Positions 38,876 through 49,407 of a stretch of DNA of 57,094 nt are shown here, piece by piece (positions within the stretch are counted from its first letter, which is position 1; each line of letters opens with the position of its first letter). The position numbers and the translations under genes were made by a program. The notes below the pieces were generated by a model. The model did no database searches, had not been told where the DNA came from, and saw only the letters and a list, made by a program, of their open reading frames with translations. This stretch comes from Bacteroidota bacterium (GTDB lineage Bacteria > Bacteroidota > Bacteroidia > Bacteroidales > ML635J-15): the NCBI GenBank assembly GCA_034658655.1, contig JAYEFQ010000026.1:1-57094 (forward strand). The letters run 5' to 3'.

Positions 38876-39682
38876 CTATTTTTCCAAAACAAAACTCCAA
38901 TACTGAAAAACACCGGTAGCAAAATTATTATATCTTGATGTGCCCAATGTTCCGGCAAATGTTTTAAACGAACTGCGTAAGAATTTAGGCGCTTTAGTGT
39001 CAATAAGATGTTCTCTTCGTGCAGAATCTTTTTCTAAAGCGCTAACAACATTAGCAGAAATGCTTGTTTCTTTAACTAGTTTAAATCCAGCATTATTGAA
39101 CATTTTTTTAAATTTTTCAATTTCTTTCGGATAAATCATGTCTGCTAAAAGAAGTTTTCCATCAGCTTTTAATACTCGATACACTTCGTTTAAAAATGCT
39201 TGTTGATTATTATAGCATCTTGCAGACTCAACATTTACAACAAAATCATACATATTGTCATTAAAAGGAAGTTTTTCAGCATTACCGTAAACAAAGTTGA
39301 GGTTTTCAACATTTTCATAATACTTATTACAGAATTCGATACTTTTTGGGCTTATATCCATCCCAGTATATGACTTTGGCTTAAAATATCTTGAGCTATA
39401 TGAAGCTCCACCTCCACGACCTGAACCAACTTCAAGCACAACTTTTCCTTTAATATCGGCTTTATTAACAACGTGGTCGTATAATTGGATGCAATATCTA
39501 TCTATCTCGTCATTTTATTGCAGTTCAAGTTTAGCGTCTCCATTAAGATTCTCATAACCATAATTCATAAAATTGGCTTGATTATCACTATCAATTTCAT
39601 TCATTTTATTATGCCAATATTTCCATAAAGGTTTTCTTAATGGTTTTGGGAGTTCTGCAAATTTTTCAACTATTTTAGACAT
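38876..39682 (-). pseudogene. Class I SAM methyltransferase with an in-frame TAA at codon 56
   Basis: Continuous frame MSKIVEKF..FMNYGY..LELQ*NDEIDRYCIQLY..VLEVGSGRGGG; stop at 39515-39517. Confidence 0.75.
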
Positions 39683-39829
39683 TTCAATCTTTTTTTAATG
39701 TTCAAATGCCCATCCTATGTGCGCTATAATGACATTCTAATTAGAAATTATATCAGCCGCAAATATAATATTATTTCATAATATGAAAAGAAACTTTGAA
39801 ACAAAAAAAAAAAGACTAAATTTGTTGAT

Positions 39830-40111
39830 ATGGTGAAAAAGGCAAAAGAAAATATCAATCCTGCAAAAGACAAACTATCTTCATCAGACAAAAAGCATAT
39901 CATAGTGCTGTTTAACGATGAGTTCAATAGCTTTGATTATGTCATTGAATGCCTAGTTGAAATTTGCAATCACGACATGACTCAAGCAGAACAATGCGCA
40001 TTTATCACACATTATAATGGCAAATGTGACATCAAAATTGGAAACATGTCTAAATTAAGGCCACTGAAAGACAGATTAATTGAAAAAGGACTAAACGTAA
40101 ATATTCAATAA
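39830..40111 (+). CDS. clpS: ATP-dependent Clp protease adaptor
   Basis: LFNDEFNSFDYVIECL..IC.H..QAEQCA..HY.GK motif. Confidence 0.9.
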   Translation: MVKKAKENINPAKDKLSSSDKKHIIVLFNDEFNSFDYVIECLVEICNHDMTQAEQCAFITHYNGKCDIKIGNMSKLRPLKDRLIEKGLNVNIQ

Positions 40112-40579
40112 ATGGGAATCGGAGCAATTATATTTCTAATTGTGTTGGGCTTATTGCTCATCTGGCTTGAAGTGCTGGTAATTCCGGGAACAACAATTTC
40201 CGGTATCGGCGGTATTATTCTCATAGGCGGAGGAATATATCTAGCATTTGATCAACATGGAACAAGTGTTGGTGTATGGGTTTTATTATCTTCATTGGCT
40301 TTACTGATTCTCTCAATCATCTTCTTTCTAAAATCAAACACATGGAAACGCTTATCACTGAATTCTAGCGTTAACTCAAAAGTAGAGTATTTTAAAGAAG
40401 ATAGTATTAAGCCCGGTGAGCATGCAAAAACCATCACACGACTTGGTCCAATGGGAAAAGTGCGTGTTGGGGAAGTTGATGTTGATGCCGAATCATTGAG
40501 CGGACTCATTGACCCTGGAACTGAAGTTGTTGTAACAGAAGTGTTAAAATATAAAATTTTTGTAAAACTTAAAAAATAA
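40112..40579 (+). CDS. NfeD-family membrane protein (short form)
   Basis: EVLVIPG..GIGG transmembrane region and LGPMGKV OB-fold; precedes floA. Confidence 0.85.
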   Translation: MGIGAIIFLIVLGLLLIWLEVLVIPGTTISGIGGIILIGGGIYLAFDQHGTSVGVWVLLSSLALLILSIIFFLKSNTWKRLSLNSSVNSKVEYFKEDSIKPGEHAKTITRLGPMGKVRVGEVDVDAESLSGLIDPGTEVVVTEVLKYKIFVKLKK

Positions 40580-40583
40580 ATTT

Positions 40584-41561
40584 ATGGGTACAATTGGTTA
40601 TGTTGTAATTATTGGTGGAGCCATTATTTTTCTATGGCTATTTCTTTATCTCATTCCACTGGGATTGTGGTTTCAAGCACTGGTGTCAGGGGTTAGAATT
40701 TCGCTGCTCCAGTTAATTTTCATGCGTTGGAGAAAAGTCCCGCCAGCAGCAATTGTCCGTGCGATGATTGAAGCAACCAAAGCAGGTTTATCAATTGAGC
40801 GAAATGATTTGGAAGCCCACTTCCTTGCTGGAGGTCATGTAGAAAAAGTAGTTCATGCACTGGTTTCTGCATCCAAAGCAAATATCAACTTATCTTTCAA
40901 AATGGCAACAGCAATTGATTTGGCTGGTAGAGATGTTTTCGAAGCAGTGCAAATGTCAGTAAATCCTAAAGTAATTAATACACCTCCAGTTGCAGCTGTA
41001 GCACTTGACGGAATTCAGGTAGTTGCAAAAGCCAGAGTAACAGTTCGTACAAACATCAAACAACTTGTAGGTGGTGCAGGAGAAGAAACTGTACTTGCTC
41101 GTGTTGGTGAAGGAATTGTTTCATCAATCGGTTCGTCAGCAACTCACAAAGTAGTACTCGAAAATCCTGATAATATCTCTCGCGTAGTGCTTTCTAAAGG
41201 ATTAGATGCTGGAACTGCATTTGAAATTCTTTCCATTGATATTGCCGATATTGATATCGGTAAAAATATCGGTGCAGGATTGCAAACTGACCAAGCTGAT
41301 GCTGACCTTAAAGTTGCTCAGGCCAAAGCAGAAGAGCGTCGTGCAATGGCTGTTGCCAATGAGCAGGAAATGAAAGCCCTGACACAAGAAAAGAGAGCTC
41401 GCGTAATTGAAGCTGAAGCCGAAGTTCCTAAAGCAATGGCAGAAGCATTCCGCAGCGGAAATCTTGGAATTATGGATTATTACAAAATGAAAAACATTCA
41501 AGCAGATACATCAATGAGGGATAGCATCTCAAGTGATGACAATAAGAAACGCGGAAAATAA
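40584..41561 (+). CDS. floA: Flotillin-like protein FloA (YqfA/UPF0365)
   Basis: [33 protein letters not shown] and ADTSMR motifs. Confidence 0.93.
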   Translation: MGTIGYVVIIGGAIIFLWLFLYLIPLGLWFQALVSGVRISLLQLIFMRWRKVPPAAIVRAMIEATKAGLSIERNDLEAHFLAGGHVEKVVHALVSASKANINLSFKMATAIDLAGRDVFEAVQMSVNPKVINTPPVAAVALDGIQVVAKARVTVRTNIKQLVGGAGEETVLARVGEGIVSSIGSSATHKVVLENPDNISRVVLSKGLDAGTAFEILSIDIADIDIGKNIGAGLQTDQADADLKVAQAKAEERRAMAVANEQEMKALTQEKRARVIEAEAEVPKAMAEAFRSGNLGIMDYYKMKNIQADTSMRDSISSDDNKKRGK

Positions 41562-41869
41562 TACCTAATACCAAACCTAAAAAATGAAAATGGGGAGTTT
41601 CTGATGAAGCGCCCCATTTTTTTGATGATAAGTTAAAGTTGATACAAAGAATAAAATCAATTGTATCAGCAATTTTTATTCGCAATTGGTACTATCGAAC
41701 TAATGTAACGATACCATTAAGGGGTTGTCAACTATATACAAATACCTCAGTACACGGAAATAAATCTAAATTTCATATCTGTCAATACTAGCATCCGAAA
41801 GTTTTGTGTTTTGATTTGTTTTTACTAATACAGATATAAATCAAACCCAAACAAATAGTCCACCTGCCG

Positions 41870-41889
41870 CCTACCTACCGGCAGGTAGG
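41870..41889. repeat. REP-like palindrome nested in a larger hairpin
   Basis: cctacctaccggcaggtagg inside cctgcc...gggcagg. Confidence 0.55.
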
Positions 41890-41948
41890 TAGAAACGGGC
41901 AGGAAAAAACTAAAATTCCCAATATTTAAAATTCTATTTCAAAAACAC

Positions 41949-44900
41949 CTAATCAACAACAACAATCTTTTGCAAATAATTCACATTGTCATTTAACAGC
42001 CTAATGAAATACACTCCTTTTTTGTATATTTCAAAGTTAAATCTTTTATCCTGACTGTTGTCTGAAACAATAATATCCCTGTAAATCAATTTTCCCTGTG
42101 TATCAAAAACAAACACATTCAGATTTTCAGAAAGGTAATTTACATCAACATAAAATGTGGCTTTAGTAGGATTGGGATAGATATTGATATCAAGCTCATT
42201 CTTGCTGTCAGTAATGTTAGTGCATATTTCAAAAGTAATAAGCACCGTATCATAAGATTCACAAGCACCATTGGTTACCGTAACAGAATATTCAACATCA
42301 TTTAGACCCACACCGGTAGAATCGACCATTACAGTTTGGGTTACAGAACCATCTGACCACAAGTAAGCATCGAAACCTCCGCCGGCATCCAGGATAATTG
42401 ATTGGTCAGCACAAAGCACAGTATCGAGACCAAGATCAACACTAACAGGATAATCAACGTTCACAGTAACTGCTTCAAACACAGAACAACCTCCGGTAGT
42501 ACCCTGCACATTATACATTATCGTTGAATCGGGATGGGCAACAACAGAATCATTCAAAACAGTATCCTGCTCAGAAGTCCACACGAATGAATCAGCACCT
42601 GAAGCAACTAATATCACAGTATCTCCAACACAAATTGTGGTATCAGCAGTAACTGTAATATCCGGTCCACCTATTTCACTAACAGCAACGTTTCCAATGG
42701 CATCACATGCTCCATCATTAACAGTAACACTGTAAATACCAGAAGATAAGCCTGTGGCTGTTTGTGTTACCTGATCACCTGCATTTACATCCCACAAATA
42801 AGAATATACACCCGAGCCTCCTGTAGGATATACAGTTGCCTGTCCATCTGCAAAACCACAAGTGGCACTATCTGTATCAAATGATAAGCTTATTTCGGAG
42901 GGTTCATTAATTGTCCCTATAATGCTTGCCGTACATCCATTTATATCTGTCACAGTAACATCATAGGTATTTGCTGGCAAGGCTGTAATATCTCCGGTGG
43001 TTTGCCCGGTATTTGTCCAGCTATAACTGTAAGCACCTGTACCTCCTGCAGCTGTTGTAAAAATGTTACCATCGCTAAAACCATAACAACTCACATCATG
43101 AATTGAATCCACTGTGATGGTCAACAAGGACGGTTCATTAACCGTTGATGTTGTTGCGGCCGTACATCCATTCATATCTGTCACGGTAACATCATAAGTA
43201 TTTGCTGCCAGGGCTGTTATATCATCTGTTGTTTGTCCGGTATTAGTCCAGTTATAACTGTAAGCACCTGTACCACCTGCAGCTGTTGTAAAAACTTCAC
43301 CATCACTTAAGCCGTTACAACTCACATCATAAATTGAATCTACCGTGATAGTCAGCAAGGACGGTTCATTTACCGTTGATGTTGTGGCAGCCATACAGCC
43401 ATTCATATCTGTCACGGTAACATCATAAGTATTTGCTGCCAGAGCTGTTATATCATCTGTTGTTTGTCCGGTATTTGTCCAGTTATAACTGTAAGCACCT
43501 GTACCACCTGCAGCTGTTGTATAGACAGCCCCATCTGTTAAACCATTGCAACTTATATCATAGATAGAATCCACTAAGATGGTTAGCACACTAGGCTCAT
43601 AAATTTCCACACTGTCAATCGCCTGACACCCAAGGCTATTAATAACGGTAACCGTGTACCATCCACTAGACAATCCTGAAATATCTTCAGCAGTTTCAGT
43701 TGTTGACCAGTTATAAGAATAAGGTGGATTTCCTCCGTTTGCAGTAAGATCAATATCCCCATCAGCATCACCGTTACAGGTTACATCATTTGTCACAAAA
43801 CTAAGTGTTGGCAGAGGCATTACGGTATATATTACTTCTGCTACATTTGTACATGTTCCGTTGTCCACCTGATCGTAGAATATCTGTCCATCCGACACTG
43901 TGACATTGGTAGGATCAGGCACCAGTATGGTTAGAATGTCATCTTCATACCAGGTATGAATATATCCGTTCCCGCCATCAATAGTATTTTCCAGCAAAGT
44001 CAGATCAATACCTGCAACCGTGCCGGAACCAGTAAAATCTTCACATATTGCAGCGGGATACTGGTTATTTGCTTCAACACCTGAAAATGTCCATCCTGTA
44101 TTGTTACCAAGATCATTACTGTATTCCCCGGCATAAAATGTATTTCCGAAAGCAACCATATCCTGAATGTTCAAATAATCACCACAAAATTCACCCACGG
44201 TCTGATTGATTTCTGCCGTTTCACCAGATACCATTGTATACAAATCAATTAATTGACCTTCACTTCCGGTAGCTACAAAATTCGTTGTATATTGTATTTT
44301 CCCCGGCTCAAACATTATATCAGCACCCGGTTGAATGATAAGATTATTAAATGTATTGGAACTGTACATATAGATAGCCCCCCACGTATTGGGATAAATA
44401 ATAACATCATTGTAAGTGGCGCCTCCACCATCAAATTGCCACGGGTTATTGCTAATAATTATTTCAGATGTTCCGGTGTTTAACGAAAGATTTGCAGTAT
44501 CATTAATCATCCAGCTTGAAGCAGTTATGGTTGATGCTCCCATATTCAGTGTTCGTGTATTTGAAGAATTAGAAACAAAGCTTGAACTATTAATGGTAAT
44601 ATCCATGTCATTTGTATTTAATGTACCATTATCAAAAACAAAATTGCTTGATAAAGACACATTATCCTGCAAAGTATATTCTCCTGCTCCACTAAAAACA
44701 AGACTGTTTAGGGTATGTCCTGCAGAAGTTATTGTATTGCCGGAAATGGAAGAACATAGATTAAAGGTAACACCAAAGGAATTGATCATGGCAGGTACGA
44801 GAGTTAAAGAACCATTTACATTTATTTCTGACCAGCCACTAATATCAGGGGTATTTGTTACGCCTGTCCAATCCATATTTTTGCAATATGCATCCTGATC

Positions 44901-47900
44901 AACATTCACAATTTGACCGGAAGTTGAAAATGAATTAGCATCAAAGAAAACATTATCCTGATTATTAGGGATGCAACCATAAGAAGCTCCTCCAGATGTC
45001 AAAGACCAATGGTTTGGATCACTCCAATCACCACCATCACCAACCCAATATAGGGTAACAGGTGTAGGCGGCGTAATATTCCATCCTGAAACATTGCCAA
45101 TACCAAGACTATTATTTGCATTAAATGTTCCTCCGCCACCTGCTGTCAAATCTGTTATTCTAAGCCAGTTACCATTAAATATACCGGCAGGCATTGAAAG
45201 GTGAGCAACGGCTCCTGCATTCAATGTTCCAATGTCAAAATAATTATTGCAATCTGTGCCTGAAGGAATTATTAAGCTATTGAATGTTTGTGTCATACCC
45301 CCTTCAAATTTTATTTGAGATGCATTAGAGATATCCAAATCATTAAAGTCATTATTTCCATAAATTTTAACAACTACATTACTTGTTAAATTGACATCAT
45401 AATAAGCTTGGCTTCCTCCATAGAATCTTGCCCTTGAAGCATTAATTGTAGAAGTACCGGGAGCTATGGTTAAGTTAGTTCCATTATTAATATTCCATGA
45501 ATACACTGTTATGACAGAACTCCCTAAAGATAACTGTCTGTTTTCCCCAGAATAAGAATAGAAATAACTAGTAGTAACATCAAAATTATTTGTTATTAAA
45601 CTTCCTTTAATAAAAAATATATTTTCGTAATTTGCTGAATTGGTTAACAAATCATCTTGTAATGTCCAATCTCCATCACCATCAAAATAAACGTTGTGGT
45701 TAAAAGTTACTCCTCCAGTATTTATCATATTGCCTGTATTGTCTGATTTAAAATACAAAGGACCAACATACGAGTAGTTGGTAACTTCTGATATATCAAA
45801 AGAACCATATACAGAAAGGGTATTATTTCCTGCCATATTTGCATTTATCGGAGCAGCCGACCAGTCCATATCCGTACAACTTGCATTCACATCAACAGTC
45901 ATAGTTTCAAAGGCACCAGAAAAAGAATTGGCATCAAAATAAACATTATCCACCTGTGTGGGAACACACCCACCGGAGTTTGGAGCACCACCACTGGCAA
46001 GAGACCAGTGAGTGGGGTCACTCCAGTTTCCGGTGCCATTTATCCAATAATAATCTGTTGATGGTAAGAAGGTAAAACTCCAACCGGTTACATTTCCGTT
46101 ATCCATACTGTTATTGGCATTGAAGGTTGCACCACCGGTAGCAGTTATATCTTGAAGTGCAACATAATCCACAGTAACTGTTCCTGCTGATTTTGAAATA
46201 GTGGCAGAATCACCATCAGTGGGTGATCGAATGGTTTTGATGTTTGAACAATCTCCAGAAACAATAAGGTCATTAAGGGTTTGTGTTTTTCCGCTTTCGA
46301 GTTTTAAACCACCGTAACCGGCAACATTCAACACATTAAAGATATTAGAAGCGTATATCGTCGTATAATTAACATAGTTTACATTCACATCATTGTACGT
46401 AAAACCTGCCCCTCTAAAAACATTTCCGTTTATATCAATGGTTGACGTACCGGAGTTTAATGACATATTGGTACCGTCATATATTAACCAGCTTCCCGTA
46501 AAATTTAACATTGAACTTCCAAGGTCAAGTTGTCTGTTCATGGTTGTGCTTGAATAAAATGCCGAACCATTAACATTATAATTGTTTGTGATAAAGTGTC
46601 CCTGGTTAAGATAGATATAACTGCCATTCAAATTATCCTGTAATGTCCAATCTCCTGTTCCATAAAAATAAATGGCAGAATTTAATGAATGTCCTGCGGT
46701 TGTAATGGTATTACCTGGATCAGAAGATCTAAAATAAATGGACGAACTATAACTAACAGACATGGCCGGATCCAGAGTTAATGAACCATAAATATTTAAT
46801 TCAGATGGCCATACACTTGTCAGATCTGGATTATTGGCAACACCAGTCCAATCCATAGAATTACAAAATGCAATGTCATCAACTGTTACAACTTGTCCAG
46901 AAGCAGTAAATGAATTTACATCAAAAATAACATCATCAACATCCGTTGGGACACAGGTATTACCAGTAGGATATGACTGTCCGCTGCTAGCACCCCAGTG
47001 ATCGGGGTCACTCCAATTCCCAGTTCCCCCAACCCAGTAATAATCAGCAGGTGAAGCAGAATTTATCGTCCAGTTAGTAACATTTCCCATATCCACGCCA
47101 TTATCTGTAATAAAATTGGCACCACCAATTACCTCAATATCTTTGATATTCAAATAATCTTCCTGAACGGTTCCGGTAATTTTCTTTATGGTGGCAGTTT
47201 GTCCATCAGTCATTGATCTCACGGTTTTCCTGTTTGCACAGGTGGCACCAAATTTAATATCATAAATGGTATTTGTGTTTCCATCCTGGAACACTACACC
47301 AGTAACACTTGTATCATTTAAATAAAGTGTATTAAATGTATTGTTTCCATTGATCTGAACTTCCCCTATCCATTGCATGGGAAAACTCACATCATAATAT
47401 GTTAACCCCATTCCATCAAGCCAACTATTCGTAATGTTAATTCTTGAGGTCCCTGCATTAAAATCCAATGTTGAAAGATTCCACAAATTTAAATTCTGGC
47501 AAGTAATAGTAGAGCTATCTAAATTGATAATTCTGTTATCTGTTGACCAGGAATCAAACCATGACACACTGAGATCATAACCATTGGTATTAAATGTACC
47601 TTTTAGAACAGACAATCCTCCCCACACATGAGCAATGTCCATATCCGATAAAAATGTCCATTCCCCGGCTCCGTTGAACTGAATTGAGTTAAAAAACACA
47701 GAATCAGTTGCAAAATTCAGGGTATTCCCAGCATTATCAGACAAAAAATTCATTGTTCCTGAATAGCTTGCGGTCATGCCTGAGATAAACGTTAATGAAC
47801 CATAAATATTCATGTTATTAGAACCTATTATATCCGGTGTGTTGGTTGCACCTGTCCAGTCCATAGAATGGAAGGTTGCTTCCATATCAATGTTAACCGT

Positions 47901-48173
47901 AGCATTTGCAGAAGCAAACGAATTGGCATCAAAAAACACATCATCGACTTGCCCCGGGACAGAAGTATGCATCGTACTACCACCAGACGACGTAGCCCAA
48001 TGGGTTTCATAATCAGACCAGTCACCTGTACCATTAACCCAATAATAATCAGCAGCAAATAAATTTAGGCTAGTACATGTAAATAAAATAAACAATGGAA
48101 TAATCCAGTTTTTTTTGATAGTCCGGCTCAAAATGGTCAGCAATTTTTCAATAACAGTGGTTTTTGTTTTCAT
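41949..48173 (-). CDS. Large T9SS-secreted adhesin-like protein: four ~333-aa YW.GG.G.WSD..HW modules, SprB-like repeats, type A CTD
   Basis: Module starts near 48050, 47045, 46055 and 45055; GGTGAYSY.W..TYDVTVTD.NGC repeats; IYPNP CTD. Confidence 0.85.
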   Translation of the reverse strand: MKTKTTVIEKLLTILSRTIKKNWIIPLFILFTCTSLNLFAADYYWVNGTGDWSDYETHWATSSGGSTMHTSVPGQVDDVFFDANSFASANATVNIDMEATFHSMDWTGATNTPDIIGSNNMNIYGSLTFISGMTASYSGTMNFLSDNAGNTLNFATDSVFFNSIQFNGAGEWTFLSDMDIAHVWGGLSVLKGTFNTNGYDLSVSWFDSWSTDNRIINLDSSTITCQNLNLWNLSTLDFNAGTSRINITNSWLDGMGLTYYDVSFPMQWIGEVQINGNNTFNTLYLNDTSVTGVVFQDGNTNTIYDIKFGATCANRKTVRSMTDGQTATIKKITGTVQEDYLNIKDIEVIGGANFITDNGVDMGNVTNWTINSASPADYYWVGGTGNWSDPDHWGASSGQSYPTGNTCVPTDVDDVIFDVNSFTASGQVVTVDDIAFCNSMDWTGVANNPDLTSVWPSELNIYGSLTLDPAMSVSYSSSIYFRSSDPGNTITTAGHSLNSAIYFYGTGDWTLQDNLNGSYIYLNQGHFITNNYNVNGSAFYSSTTMNRQLDLGSSMLNFTGSWLIYDGTNMSLNSGTSTIDINGNVFRGAGFTYNDVNVNYVNYTTIYASNIFNVLNVAGYGGLKLESGKTQTLNDLIVSGDCSNIKTIRSPTDGDSATISKSAGTVTVDYVALQDITATGGATFNANNSMDNGNVTGWSFTFLPSTDYYWINGTGNWSDPTHWSLASGGAPNSGGCVPTQVDNVYFDANSFSGAFETMTVDVNASCTDMDWSAAPINANMAGNNTLSVYGSFDISEVTNYSYVGPLYFKSDNTGNMINTGGVTFNHNVYFDGDGDWTLQDDLLTNSANYENIFFIKGSLITNNFDVTTSYFYSYSGENRQLSLGSSVITVYSWNINNGTNLTIAPGTSTINASRARFYGGSQAYYDVNLTSNVVVKIYGNNDFNDLDISNASQIKFEGGMTQTFNSLIIPSGTDCNNYFDIGTLNAGAVAHLSMPAGIFNGNWLRITDLTAGGGGTFNANNSLGIGNVSGWNITPPTPVTLYWVGDGGDWSDPNHWSLTSGGASYGCIPNNQDNVFFDANSFSTSGQIVNVDQDAYCKNMDWTGVTNTPDISGWSEINVNGSLTLVPAMINSFGVTFNLCSSISGNTITSAGHTLNSLVFSGAGEYTLQDNVSLSSNFVFDNGTLNTNDMDITINSSSFVSNSSNTRTLNMGASTITASSWMINDTANLSLNTGTSEIIISNNPWQFDGGGATYNDVIIYPNTWGAIYMYSSNTFNNLIIQPGADIMFEPGKIQYTTNFVATGSEGQLIDLYTMVSGETAEINQTVGEFCGDYLNIQDMVAFGNTFYAGEYSNDLGNNTGWTFSGVEANNQYPAAICEDFTGSGTVAGIDLTLLENTIDGGNGYIHTWYEDDILTILVPDPTNVTVSDGQIFYDQVDNGTCTNVAEVIYTVMPLPTLSFVTNDVTCNGDADGDIDLTANGGNPPYSYNWSTTETAEDISGLSSGWYTVTVINSLGCQAIDSVEIYEPSVLTILVDSIYDISCNGLTDGAVYTTAAGGTGAYSYNWTNTGQTTDDITALAANTYDVTVTDMNGCMAATTSTVNEPSLLTITVDSIYDVSCNGLSDGEVFTTAAGGTGAYSYNWTNTGQTTDDITALAANTYDVTVTDMNGCTAATTSTVNEPSLLTITVDSIHDVSCYGFSDGNIFTTAAGGTGAYSYSWTNTGQTTGDITALPANTYDVTVTDINGCTASIIGTINEPSEISLSFDTDSATCGFADGQATVYPTGGSGVYSYLWDVNAGDQVTQTATGLSSGIYSVTVNDGACDAIGNVAVSEIGGPDITVTADTTICVGDTVILVASGADSFVWTSEQDTVLNDSVVAHPDSTIMYNVQGTTGGCSVFEAVTVNVDYPVSVDLGLDTVLCADQSIILDAGGGFDAYLWSDGSVTQTVMVDSTGVGLNDVEYSVTVTNGACESYDTVLITFEICTNITDSKNELDINIYPNPTKATFYVDVNYLSENLNVFVFDTQGKLIYRDIIVSDNSQDKRFNFEIYKKGVYFIRLLNDNVNYLQKIVVVD

Positions 48174-48220
48174 AACTTTGGTTTTTATTAAATTTATTAG
48201 ATTACGACTAGACTATAAAA

Positions 48221-48247
48221 AGACGAAACCAAAACTAATAAGGTTGC
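48221..48247 (-). promoter_or_regulatory. Candidate ECF-sigma promoter of the 2074-aa T9SS gene
   Basis: Minus strand GCAACC-N16-CGTCT, 48 nt upstream of the ATG. Confidence 0.5.
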
Positions 48248-48371
48248 TTAAAATCAAGATATTTAGGTATAATCAATAATTTTCTAATGGCTTTTATTAT
48301 TTTAATTCCACGCATTTGTAGCACGCATAACGGTAAAGCCACAAGACAAAACAATTCTGTAATTGCTAATT

Positions 48372-48578
48372 TTAGATGATGAACTTCAGTTGTATAGTGT
48401 GTCGCCTACATAATACAGTTGCTTTCCAGCTCTTTAAGTGTGTATCAAGTCCTATAAAGACATCTTGACCACTAAAATCTAATTGTGTACTTTTGCTCAT
48501 AATGTTTTATTTTTTAGTTTCGGAAGGCAATATTAACAAATTACTCCCGAAACTTTCACATTACAAACATAGGGGCTA
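48372..48578 (-). mobile_element. IS110-family remnant (truncated transposase N-terminus with upstream hairpin)
   Basis: 48500-48372 encodes MSKSTQLDFSGQDVFIGLDTHLKSWKATVL..*, with the G-L-D-x-H RuvC-like DEDD start; upstream IR agtttcggaag/ctcccgaaact. Confidence 0.65.
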
Positions 48579-48579
48579 T

Positions 48580-49287
48580 TTACCCAGCAGAAACAAAACC
48601 TAAGCTTGCAATACTAATTTTCACACCTTTAATTTTCAATAGTCGTTGCGCACAAGCTTCAATAGTAGCTCCGGTTGTAATCACATCATCAATGAGTAGT
48701 ATGTGTTTATTTCTAAACAAGGCTTCATCCTCAACTTGAAATACTTCTGCAACATTTTCCCAACGATCAAATCTCCCCTTTTTTGTTTGGGTCGTTGTTG
48801 CAACTGCACGATAAAAATTATCTGCATCCATCGGAATTTTCATTGCCTCACTCATTCCTTCACCAATTTTTTCAGACTGATTATACCCTCGGGTCTTATA
48901 TCTGCTAGGATGCAAAGGAACAGGAACAATATAATCCACATCATCAAACAATTTGGATGCATATAATTCTGAGCCTAATTCCTTCCCAAGGAACACTCCA
49001 ATATCAGGTCGTTTTTGATATTTTAATTTATGGATCAACTTTCTGTACTTGCTTCCTTTCACAAAATACATTAATGAAGTAATATGCTCAATCTCAATCC
49101 GCCCCCAAAACACTTGTGCAAGCTCATTTTCTTTGTCCTTATGAAAACCAGTTCTCGGAAGTTTTACCAAACAGGAGGTACATAAAATTGTCTCTTGCTG
49201 CCTCAAACTTTGTCCACAGGCATCACAAATTTGTGGATAAAAAAGAAACCAGAAATCCTGCCAAATATTTGATAACAAACGCCTCAT
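48580..49287 (-). CDS. comF: ComF-family amidophosphoribosyltransferase-like protein
   Basis: Two CxxC motifs, PVPLH..RGYNQS and LLIDDVITTGAT. Confidence 0.9.
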   Translation of the reverse strand: MRRLLSNIWQDFWFLFYPQICDACGQSLRQQETILCTSCLVKLPRTGFHKDKENELAQVFWGRIEIEHITSLMYFVKGSKYRKLIHKLKYQKRPDIGVFLGKELGSELYASKLFDDVDYIVPVPLHPSRYKTRGYNQSEKIGEGMSEAMKIPMDADNFYRAVATTTQTKKGRFDRWENVAEVFQVEDEALFRNKHILLIDDVITTGATIEACAQRLLKIKGVKISIASLGFVSAG

Positions 49288-49407
49288 AATTGGACGAATT
49301 TAGTGATTTTTTTCAAATGCTTGCGAATTATTTTTTAAAGAGTTATGGAATTTCATAAGCAAATGCATCTAAACTGCAAAATTTGTATAACCAAAATCTT
49401 TATCATC

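Noticed and set aside
39515-39517. Programmed recoding of the methyltransferase stop
   Set aside because: The codon is TAA, not TGA or TAG, and TAA is the usual stop in this window
48320-48345. attC-like core (gcataac) near the IS110 remnant
   Set aside because: No matching second core or stem was seen and there is no integrase
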